A stretch of DNA of 54,641 nucleotides from Butyricicoccus sp. (GTDB lineage: Bacteria; Bacillota; Clostridia; Oscillospirales; Butyricicoccaceae). The translations under genes were made by a program, and so were the position numbers. Shown piece by piece: positions 26,119 through 36,300 of this stretch. Each line of letters begins with the position of its first letter. Position 1 is the stretch's first letter. Where the stretch lies: positions 1 through 54,641 of the forward strand of contig NZ_JBNMHC010000001.1 in the NCBI RefSeq assembly GCF_050872565.1, read 5' to 3'. A model generated the notes under the pieces. That model saw only the letters and a program-made list of their open reading frames with translations. It ran no database searches and was not told where the DNA came from.

Positions 26119-27633
26119 ATGAAACTGAAATCTTTCCTGCGCCGGTTCGGCGCAATCGCCCTGACCGGTGCTATCATGCTCGGTTCTGCTGTGTGTGCAT
26201 CCGCAGCAGATACCCAGAAAATGACTGGCTTTAATCACGATGCCAAGACTGGTACCCTTACCATCAATGATGACGGCAATTATGACGTATATCAGCTGTA
26301 TACTGCCACTGCCGGTAATGGTACATACACGTATGCAGCTAATGATAAGTACGCAGATATGCTCGGTGGAGTAACCGCTAACGATCTGTCCGGCTATGAT
26401 GCTAATGCTGTCCAGAATTTTCTCAACACAATGATGGGCAAGTTCGATAACAAGGTAGCTGCCGATTACACGATCACCGGCAAGACCGCCGCTTCCCTGC
26501 CGATTGGCTACTACATGGTTGTCCAGAAGTCCGATGAAGCTACTCCGGGCACGGTTACCTCTCCGATTCTGACTGCTATTCCAAGCACCGACAATAACGC
26601 TTGGGTATACGATGTAACCGTAAAACCGAAAAACAGCAAGACGGATTTGACCAAGAAGATCGTAGAAGACGGAAATTTGGTAGATACCTCCAACAGCAAG
26701 ATTGGCAGTGATATTGACTATCAGATCACGTCTACTGTACCGGCATATGGTGCAGACATCGACCAATCGAAGGTCACCTATGCAATCACTGATAATCCGT
26801 CCGCTGCACTGACTGTGAAGATGGATACAATCACAGTAAAAATGGGTGAAACCATTCTGAAGGCAAATGAATACTACACTGTATCCAGCAATAAGGACGG
26901 CGGTTTTACCGTAAAGTTTGACTACAGCAAGCTCACTGCCGGTGCCACAGTAACAGTGAATTTTACCGCTACACTGAACGAAAAGGCAATTGTAAATAAG
27001 AATGCTGGTCTGACCATCCCAGACTACACGGACGTACTGGATGAAAACTATAACGGTCAGGGCAACCCGAATGGTGCTATGCTGGAATACACCAATAACT
27101 ACTACACCGGTACAACCTCTAAGATTCGTGACATTGTTACTTCGTTCACTACTCTTGTAGGTATTGAAAAGGTTGATAAGGACAACACAGATACCAAACT
27201 GTCAGCTACGTTTGGTCTGTACTCTGATAAGGATTGCAAGAATAAGATTGAAGAGCTGACCACCGATGCCAAGACCGGTCTGATTGCATCCAGCACACTG
27301 AAGCCAGGCACTTACTACCTCAAGGAAATCACTGCTCCGGAAGGCTACGCTGAATCCGATGCTGTTTACACAATCGTTATTTCTGCAACCCAAAATGCCG
27401 CAGGCGAATATGACGGCACGTTCGTAATCTCCGCAGATGGAAACGAATTAAACAATCCGCTGACCATCGGCTCTTATGACAATGTGCAGACTCTCCGTAT
27501 CACCAATACGAAGGGCGTTACGCTGCCGGGTACCGGTGGTATGGGCAATACCTTGTTCATCCTGATCGGTGCTGGTCTAATGGGTGCTGCTGCCGCTGCA
27601 TTCCTTCTGCGCCGCAAGTTCAAGAAGCAGTAA
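26119..27633 (+). CDS. Major (shaft) pilin, SpaH/EbpB/SpaA family
   Basis: Pilin motif WVYDVTVKPKN, E-box YYLKEITAPEGY, LPGTG sorting signal; start at MKLKS. Confidence 0.9.
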   Translation: MKLKSFLRRFGAIALTGAIMLGSAVCASAADTQKMTGFNHDAKTGTLTINDDGNYDVYQLYTATAGNGTYTYAANDKYADMLGGVTANDLSGYDANAVQNFLNTMMGKFDNKVAADYTITGKTAASLPIGYYMVVQKSDEATPGTVTSPILTAIPSTDNNAWVYDVTVKPKNSKTDLTKKIVEDGNLVDTSNSKIGSDIDYQITSTVPAYGADIDQSKVTYAITDNPSAALTVKMDTITVKMGETILKANEYYTVSSNKDGGFTVKFDYSKLTAGATVTVNFTATLNEKAIVNKNAGLTIPDYTDVLDENYNGQGNPNGAMLEYTNNYYTGTTSKIRDIVTSFTTLVGIEKVDKDNTDTKLSATFGLYSDKDCKNKIEELTTDAKTGLIASSTLKPGTYYLKEITAPEGYAESDAVYTIVISATQNAAGEYDGTFVISADGNELNNPLTIGSYDNVQTLRITNTKGVTLPGTGGMGNTLFILIGAGLMGAAAAAFLLRRKFKKQ

Positions 27634-27667
27634 TTATATTGCTTTTCTGACAGGTAGAACCAATTGC

Positions 27668-27703
27668 AGGGCAGGGAAGTGTTTTCCCTGCCCTACTTTT
27701 TTT
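27668..27703 (+). terminator. Intrinsic terminator after the major pilin
   Basis: AGGGCAGGGAA/TTCCCTGCCCT stem with T7 tract. Confidence 0.75.
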
Positions 27704-27718
27704 AGAAAGGTTGAAATC

Positions 27719-28777
27719 ATGGCAAGTAAAGAAAAACATCTTGAAAAAGTGCAGGAGTTATTAAAACGCATTGAAACCGGAAGCAAAGAAGTGTTCACCA
27801 GTGAAAATTATCAGAATTTTCTCCGCACTATGTCCAAATTCCACCGGTATTCCGTCCGCAACTGCATTTTAATTTCTATGCAAAAGCCCGATGCCACTCA
27901 TGTTGCTGGTTTTCATGCATGGCAGAAGAATTTTCATCGGCATGTAAAAAAGGGCGAAAAAGGCATCCAGATTTTAGGCTATATGCCGCATAAATTTAAA
28001 GAACGTGTTCCTAAAACAGACCAACACGGTAAGCCTATTTACGATGCATCCGGTAAGCCTATCACCGAAGAAATAGAGCACATCATTCCCTATTACCGCC
28101 CTGTTTATGTCTACGATGTCAGCCAGACTGACGGCGAGCCGCTTCCTAAATTAGCTACAGAGCTATCCGGCAGTGTACGTCAATACACGCAATTATTGAC
28201 CGCTCTCCGCACTGTCTCGCCCTATCCTATTCTCTTTGATGATCTTTCTGGCTACTCTGCAAATTGTCACGGTTATTGCTCTTTTTCAGAGCAGCAAATT
28301 GTTATCCGAGAAAATATGCCGCAGGAACAAACCATAAAGACCATCATCCACGAAATGGCACATGCAGTCGTTCATGCTCCGCAACTCAATCTACCGCCGG
28401 AACAAAAATTGGACCGCCAAAGCTGTGAGGTACAGGCTGAAAGCATTGCTTTTATTGTTTGTAACTTTCTCAATATCGACTCTTCTGACTATACTTTTCC
28501 ATACATTGCATCTTGGAGCAGCGGTTATGAGCTGAAAGAGCTGCAAAACAGTCTACAGACTATTCAAACCGCAGCCAATGACCTGATTGAACAAATTTCT
28601 TCGGAGATAGATCATTTGCAAGTCCAACAGAAAGAGCCAGAACGCATCAAACCATTGTCTCTCAACGAGCGCATTGCTGCTGCCAAAGATACAGCAAAAA
28701 AGTATAACGCGGAACACTCTATCGCACCCGAAAAGGAGAATTATAATGAACTCGAATGCACTGCTTCCAATATCTGA
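27719..28777 (+). CDS. ArdC/LtrC-like ssDNA-binding + zincin protein
   Basis: FHRYSVRNCILI...ATHVAGF..W..VKKGEKGI; HEMAH; EVQAES. Confidence 0.8.
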   Translation: MASKEKHLEKVQELLKRIETGSKEVFTSENYQNFLRTMSKFHRYSVRNCILISMQKPDATHVAGFHAWQKNFHRHVKKGEKGIQILGYMPHKFKERVPKTDQHGKPIYDASGKPITEEIEHIIPYYRPVYVYDVSQTDGEPLPKLATELSGSVRQYTQLLTALRTVSPYPILFDDLSGYSANCHGYCSFSEQQIVIRENMPQEQTIKTIIHEMAHAVVHAPQLNLPPEQKLDRQSCEVQAESIAFIVCNFLNIDSSDYTFPYIASWSSGYELKELQNSLQTIQTAANDLIEQISSEIDHLQVQQKEPERIKPLSLNERIAAAKDTAKKYNAEHSIAPEKENYNELECTASNI

Positions 28778-28973
28778 ACAAGATATTATTTATATGTATG
28801 CGGAACCGGATTATTCCCGTGCCAATACGATTCTTCGTATTCAGCAAAACTTGTCTGTTATCCAAGATCCATATATCCTTGCAGACGTAAAAAATGTTCT
28901 GCAAACACTGAATGTCATGACGGATGCAGACTTTCAGGAAATCATCTATCAATATGGTGCACCGGAAGAATAA
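28746..28973 (+). CDS. Small protein, transposon-transfer-assisting (TTRAP)-like
   Basis: RBS AAGGAG; SRANTI...LQTLNVMTDADF pattern. Confidence 0.55.
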   Translation: MNSNALLPISEQDIIYMYAEPDYSRANTILRIQQNLSVIQDPYILADVKNVLQTLNVMTDADFQEIIYQYGAPEE

Positions 28974-28990
28974 TTTTTCGGCGCAGACAG

Positions 28991-29026
28991 AAAGAAGCAA
29001 CTGCCCCACGCAGCTGCTTCTCTTTT
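28991..29026. terminator. Bidirectional terminator between the two convergent ICE halves
   Basis: AGAAGCAACTGC/GCAGCTGCTTCT stem flanked by A- and T-rich runs. Confidence 0.65.
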
Positions 29027-29057
29027 CCGTTATATCATTTTTATCTCTCTGTTTTTG

Positions 29058-29291
29058 TTAAGCTGCTGCCAAAATAGCACCAACCACCATATTAAGTACC
29101 GCAAGCACCAAACCGATGATAGAAATCACCAGCGCGGCATTTGCCTTGCTCCACTGCTGTGCCTTTGCCTTTGCAGCCAGAACAATACCGATAATGCTCA
29201 ATACCAATCCGCCTAAAGCAAACAGTAAAGATAAAATCAGTCCGATAATTGCTACGACTAATGCCGCAGTTGCATTCTTCTTAGTTTCCAC
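29058..29291 (-). CDS. Small membrane protein (DUF4190-like)
   Basis: 77 aa, mostly hydrophobic, RBS AAGGAG. Confidence 0.7.
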   Translation of the reverse strand: METKKNATAALVVAIIGLILSLLFALGGLVLSIIGIVLAAKAKAQQWSKANAALVISIIGLVLAVLNMVVGAILAAA

Positions 29292-29297
29292 TGTTGT

Positions 29298-30329
29298 TTA
29301 CTCCTTTGTATCATTCTCTTGATTCCAGAGATTTTCTTCGCGGTCTTTTAACATATCCGCATACATTTCCTCATCTTTTTTAAACAACTCATAATCTGTT
29401 TTCTGCGTTTCCTGCGGAAATAGCTCCTGCAGTTCCTGCATCATTTGTACGTATAAGTGATATGCTTTATACATATTCTCTCGTTGTGGTAAAGACACAT
29501 ATCCTACATCTGTTGCTGCAATGAGAGAATCATATAATTCTTCACCTACAGCCGCAAGCTCATTTGTCATTTCGTCCCAACACCTAGAGGCATCTATGCG
29601 CTGATATTGTTTTGCCTCTTCAAATCGCTGCTTAGGAAGTGTAACGCAGCACCATAAGCACTGTGTATACCATCGAATTTCATACTTTGATTTTATATTT
29701 CCCAGCCTCAAAAACTGTCGTTCAATAAGCTCTAGTTGTGGAAACAATTGATCTAGTTCATCTGCTCGCCCAAGTTTTCCATTTTCTATCATCCGCGCAT
29801 TATAATCTATCAGCAATGCAATACTTTGCTCCATCTGATATAACAGTGCTCTTTTTCTTCTCGGACGATTTGTTTTTTTAAATGCATCTTTGGCACGCAT
29901 ATACTCTTTTCGGTATTGTTCTTCATCATATTCTTTCTTCATTGTTCGCGTTGTTTCTGAATCAACAATGTAGAAAGAAATCAATGCAACATCTATGCCG
30001 ATAAATCCGGAAACTCCCTGTCCAATATCCATTATCCGTCGAAATACATATGTATCTTCATAGATACGGGATAACAGCAAAGCATTCAGCATCCACCCTG
30101 CAAAAAATATTCGACAGATATTCCGAATCAGCAAAAGAACATGATAACATACTCTATAATCATAAATGAACCTCTTCGTTCCTTTCATGCGAAAAAGGCT
30201 GTAATCTCCCTGTCGTTCCGCAGGCTTTTCTCCAAAATTGGCATCAACAATCATATCCCTAGATATCCAGAGAAAGAACGCCGGAATAAGATAACAAAAT
30301 ATTGTTTGAATATATGATCCAATTGTCAT
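29298..30329 (-). CDS. Membrane-anchored hypothetical protein; candidate Rhs immunity protein
   Basis: ATGA overlap with the rhs stop; N-terminal TM segments and a helical C-domain. Confidence 0.6.
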   Translation of the reverse strand: MTIGSYIQTIFCYLIPAFFLWISRDMIVDANFGEKPAERQGDYSLFRMKGTKRFIYDYRVCYHVLLLIRNICRIFFAGWMLNALLLSRIYEDTYVFRRIMDIGQGVSGFIGIDVALISFYIVDSETTRTMKKEYDEEQYRKEYMRAKDAFKKTNRPRRKRALLYQMEQSIALLIDYNARMIENGKLGRADELDQLFPQLELIERQFLRLGNIKSKYEIRWYTQCLWCCVTLPKQRFEEAKQYQRIDASRCWDEMTNELAAVGEELYDSLIAATDVGYVSLPQRENMYKAYHLYVQMMQELQELFPQETQKTDYELFKKDEEMYADMLKDREENLWNQENDTKE

Positions 30330-33300
30330 CGCTTTTTATTTGAATTCCTTTCCCGATCTCTTATCTTTCTATAAAACCATTTCGCTCCTTTAAAGTGGAA
30401 TTTAAACAATCTTTGAGTTAATGTTTCCTTTATTTCTTTTTTTATTGCTCCCACAAACTTGTCTTTGAAACATTTAGTCTTTTTCAAAGCGGTGCGGATC
30501 ACTTTATTCTGTATTTTAGATCCTGTTCTAGGTTTCTTTGCAGCCTTTCCAGCCGCAGCGGTCACCTTGGTTCGCTTTGGAGTAAAATGATCTACAGCTT
30601 TTGAGTATGCTATATTCGCCGCTGCTGTCGCACAAGCCTTTACTTTATCTTTTCTAGATGTTTCTCCTCTTGAGGCACGCACTTCTATTTGATATTTTAC
30701 TTCCTGCCGAACACTGTCTACTTGAGATATTCCAGAGTAAATTTTTTCAAATGTTGCTGCACTTGGCCATTTATAAGATGCAACTGCCAATCCTCCCTCT
30801 ACAGCCCCAGTTGCCGCAGCTACAGCTATGTTTTTAACGCTTACCTCTTCGCCAGCGATTTTTTCTCCAATGAATTCAATTCCAGCATTAATACTAGCTC
30901 CCACAATAGCACCTGCAACAACATTCCAGAGTTCCCCCTCAGTATCCGCACGATTTACAGGATTATTGTCGCAATAAGCAAACAGGTTATTATTAATCAA
31001 TGTTGAACCATCTGTCAAACTCTCATCATCTGATGCAATCATTCTCTTCATCACCGGATCGTAGTACCGGCTCTGGAGATAATACATGTTCAGTTCAGAG
31101 TCATAATAATAACCGCGATAGCGAATTGGATTCAGTGTGCCGATTTCAGAATCTTTTGCATTGGAAACATTGAGAATTTCGCCCCAGCCGTTATAAGTAT
31201 ATTCCGAAACAGTCTTGCCGGAAGTATCAACAATGCAGATAACATCGCCCTGCTGGTTCAGGATATAGTAATAGGTATCCTTCTCATTGCCATGGGAATA
31301 AATCACACTATATGGTGCGCCGCCATTATCATAGACGAATTCAAGGCTTTTCTCTTCGCCATCATTCCAGCGTTCTAAAGTAACGTTGCCGCCCTGCGTG
31401 ATATACTCATGCTTGACACCATCAACTGTTTTGCTGTCACGCACGCCATCCATATCATAATGATACGAGATAGACTTGCCATCACCCTTGGCAGTTGCCA
31501 AATCATGTGCATTTTCCCACGTGAATTTCCATGCTGTACCATTATTATAGGTCAGCGGATTGCCTACGGCATCATACGTGAGCTTCTGTCCATTGTAGCC
31601 TGTCAGCAGGTCTTTCCAGTCGGAATCTTCATAAGCATATGTATCCGTTGTGGTTTTCTTCGTCTGCGTATTGGTCGTTTTGATCTCTCGAATATTACCA
31701 GACGTATCATATGTATACGTGTATTCCAAATGCTGCTGCGGCAGCTTCTCTGAAATCAACTGATTCAGTTTGTCATACTGATATTCAGCAATTTCAGTCG
31801 ATCCCTGTGAAACCTTCGATACATTGCCAATGGCATCATACTCATAGGACAGATCAAAAGGATTTGCAATGCCGGTATAGGCAATGTTGGCAATCTGATT
31901 GGTTGTCAGTTGCTTTCCATCCGTTTGTCCAGCTCTGTCATGATACGTATATGTCTGCGTGATAAAGTCAGTACCACTACCATGCTTGCTCTTGATGTTT
32001 TTCAGTCGCTTCAGCGCATCATAGCCAAAGGAAATGGTTTCTCCATTCGCCGTCTTCATGCTTTGAAGCGTACCATCCGTTGTGCTGTACGTATAATTTT
32101 CTGACCGTCCAGCTTCTCCGCCAACAGACCAGCTCTGCTTGGTGATCCGGTTTTCTCCATCGTAGATGTGCTCGCTGCGCTGCACTTCGGTTGTCTTGCC
32201 GTCTTCTATACGTTCTTCTGAGCTGTGAATCAGTCGATCCAAACTGTCGTATTCATAGTTGACTACATTGACTTCTTTTTCGCTCAGTCCGCTGCGCTGC
32301 ACCTCGATCTTCTTTGCCAAATCACCTTCGCCGTTGTATACATATCGGTACTTGACAGTTCCATTATACTTTTCCTCTACAACTCTGTCAAACACATCGT
32401 AGACCAATTCAACCGTATTGCCATTCGCATAGGTTGTCTTAATCAAGTTGCCGTTGTTCGGCGCATACTCGTACCGTGCCAGTTCTCGATTTCCAACACT
32501 TACACTTGTTTTATTTCCAAACGAATCGTAAGTATAGTTATAAGTCTGTTGAATATGCGGCGAAGAATTTGTCTCACTGTCCGTATCAGATTCATAACTG
32601 CCACGTTGAATTGCCTTTAAATTTCCGTTTTCATATAGATATTGAACAGCCAACTTGCCCCCGATGTAGATAAAGCTTTGTCGATCTGTTTTATCTTCGT
32701 ATGTGTAATGAGTTGTTGTGCCGCCTGTCTCAGAGGTTGACACCAGTCCCTTTATTTCATCGTTGGTATACTCGGTGGTAATTCCACTGGAATCTGTCTG
32801 GCTCTTCAAATAATTACCATCAGCAGAATAGCTTGCCGTGCTAGTAATTGCTTTGTTGGCGGAATCTTCCGTAGAATCCGGTTTGGTATTTACCAGAGTT
32901 GTTCCTGTGGTATTGCCCTTCGGATCATATCCCAAAGAGAGCTTTACATTGTCATTTGTAACGCTTGTTACGTCATGTGTTGTAGAATTGTGCTCATAGG
33001 TGTATGTGCCATTTCCGTCCGTTTCGGACTGTAAATCAGCAGTTCCGCCTACATACACACTGTTCAGCGGAGTCGTTCCCTTTTGATTTACTGCAACCAG
33101 ATTGCCCTCTTTATCATAGGTATAGGTCTGCGCCGGTTCCTTCTTCAGTGCAATGCCATCGAACCACGCTGCATTTGCGTTCTTGTTGTACAGACCATGC
33201 ACATAAATGCTCTTGATAATCTTATTTGGAGACTTCGGAGCAATAATTCCGCTTAGATATTGCCAGTCGGTAATATCCGGGTTAAACGAGAATAAATAAA

Positions 33301-36300
33301 CATCGTCTGTTCCGTCTGTATACTTAACGGTTGCATAAAATCCAAAAAAGCGCGTTGTATTACTGGTAGAACTAACGTCTGGTACACTGTTCGCCTTTGC
33401 CCATCCAGACAGCACATAGGTATTATCCGAAGACTGATATACCGGAATCTCCTGCCAAAACAGTTGTGTTCCAGATGGAGAACCATTAAGTTTTGTTGCG
33501 TAGGAACCATCATGAACGTTCGTCTGATCCAACTTTTTAATTCCCGAATTTGAATCAGCATTCCATGTCCAGTCATGTTCCATGCTGCCGTCTTCTACCA
33601 TGTTGTAAGACGAGCAAGCATCAGCTTCTTCTAACTGAAAATCATCCAGTCGAGTTAAGCCCTGCGCGTTTTCTACATAGATACCACAGCTGTATGCGCC
33701 AGCCGAAGAAGTTGTAAAGGTAACGCCGAGTCGTTCCCATCCATCTTCGATTTCTGCCGGTGTTCTATAATCAATGCTTTTGCTCTTAGCAATCTCCTGT
33801 CCGCTTGGGCTTACAATCTTCGCATATACATCTCCTGCTTTTGCCAACTCGGTGGTACTGACATATCCTGAAAATGTATAGGTCGTATTGCCCTTCAGCT
33901 GTATTTTTTGGCTATAGCTTCCGACTCTTTCTTCGGACGAATCGCTGCTGTCGCCCATCCAAATGTGGAACAAGCGTGCACCAGTCCGCGCATGATCCGA
34001 ATCTGAGCGCACAGCACAAGATACATTACTTCCTTTATGTGTTTCTGACCAGTCTTCTGCCGAACCATCTTTGCCCTTTTCACCACTCTGGTTTACCAGA
34101 AGGTTCATTGCCTGTTGTCCAATAGCGACATCTGCATTGACTCGGTTGTTACTTTTGCTATTACCCTTACTGGACGTATCATTCGTTGTGTATGCCGAAC
34201 TGTCCGCGCCATATAGCTTGGTTTCTGTTTTGTCCAGTGAGATTGTATTGACCGTGCGTCCTGCATTATCAAACGTTGTATAAGAAATAATGTCATCATC
34301 GGTATTTGCGGTTGCATCTGCACCATAGTCTCGGAACTTTTTCCGATGGGTATCGCCGTAACCAATAGACATTTTAGCTCCAGTAATAACGTTATCCTTA
34401 CTGTCTTTGCTATATTCCGTCACATACAGAATGCCACGCACAGCCCATCCATAATAACTATACTGAACACCATTTTTTCCTTCATTATCATATGCATCTG
34501 TCAAATATCCACCAGATTGATATTTGTAATCAGCAGTTGTTCCATCCGGATGCTTGATCTGCGTTAGAAGTTTTGCGCTTGTTGCAGAAGCAGCTGCATA
34601 GGTAAACTTTGTTTCTCTTCCTGCGCGATCTGTTATGCTCTGCAAGTAATTGTCCGCATCATACGAAAGCGTAGCAATTCTGGTTATTCCAGAACCATTG
34701 TTGACTTGAACAATGCCAGTTACACGGTTTTCCGGTTTACTTGTTGAAGTCTCTGGTCGAGGAGACCACGCCGTTGTGCTACTGCTATATGTGTTTTTGT
34801 TGTACTCAAGGAAAATCTTATTTTGGTGAGAATCCTGAATCTTTGCTAAGTATCCGTTGATAAATACTTTTTGATTGCCCTTCTTATCCTGCATCGTAAT
34901 ATACTCATATCCAGTTGCTGATGCAGTCCAAAAAGATAGAGTCAGATTCAGTCCATCTTCATCCACATATTTTTTGTCATTTTCGTTATAGTAAAAGTAA
35001 TGCTCAGTACCATCACCGTCACTATAGATATAATATTTTTTGCTGCCAATCGTAAACGGAACTACAGTTTCCTGAATACTTAAACGCCATCCACTGCCAA
35101 TATTCATATTCGTATACCGTTTGGTATGCATATTGGCATCCGTGGTGAAATTCGCATAAGCTGTTTCAGAATTATATACATGAGACAACACAAAATCCAT
35201 AGCTGAGCCGTTATTGGACAGATCATTTTTTATCAGTGTCAACTGATTATTATAGTCACCAATGTATGCCGTTCCTGCCTGACCAACAGACTGGGATGTA
35301 TTGGTATAATAGTCTTCTATTCCTCGTGTATCACGATATGTAATTTGAAGAATTGGATGACCATCCTTAAACTTTCCGTTCGTATTACTCTGGTCAATTG
35401 TTACTTTCGCACATTTTTTGTTATTCAATGTGCTTTCATCGTAATTGACAAGCGCAAAGCTGCTGTAATTGTTGTCGTTTGCCTTATATCGTTTCTTTAC
35501 CAGTTCTGTAATGTCCCATCCCACATATTTTCCAGTAGTATCTTTTGACAAATTCTGATAGTCTGAAACTGTATTACTGATTGCAGGGAGATTTGACCAT
35601 GTTTGTGTCTTACCCCATTGTTTATCAGTAGATGGAATTTCTTTAGCTGCAATGCATAACGAACTTTGCCCAGTTGTGCTATAACCCATCTGAGCATAGT
35701 ACATCTTTGCTTCCGCAACAACGCTGCCTCTTGGAAGCGAAGGTAGGCTTTTAAACTGAACAATATGTCTATATAAATGGTCTCCAGAACTATCATATCC
35801 TAAAAATCCGTACCCGTTATGATAAACGCTGCCGCCTTGAGCTGCATAATAGTTGAAAATTTCAGTCTTTTCCATACCAGAACCAGTATTGCTGGCATCT
35901 AAGGATGGATCAATTACAACTGGCAGTTCACGCTCATTTGCGTTAATCCAAGCTGCATCCGCAGTAATAGTAAGTGTGTATTTCTTTTTGTTCTTCTGTG
36001 TTAAGGTATATGTAATGGCATCCGATTGTTCTCCGTCTGCATCAACCATATACATTGCAGGCATTTCATAGATTTTTTTATTTGTTGCTGAATCATACAA
36101 TACAATCGTATTGTTTTCTTGTTTAATCGCAAGGTTCTGTGCCTTAATCTCGAAAGAGAACTGATATTCATCTCTCGTCTGATTTACAATAATATTTTCT
36201 TTTAAGTTACTGCCACTTGTCACGTATTGCAGATCAATACCGTCTTGAATGTTTTTATAAATAACAGACGATGAAATATTTTTAGCTGACATCTGAGCTG

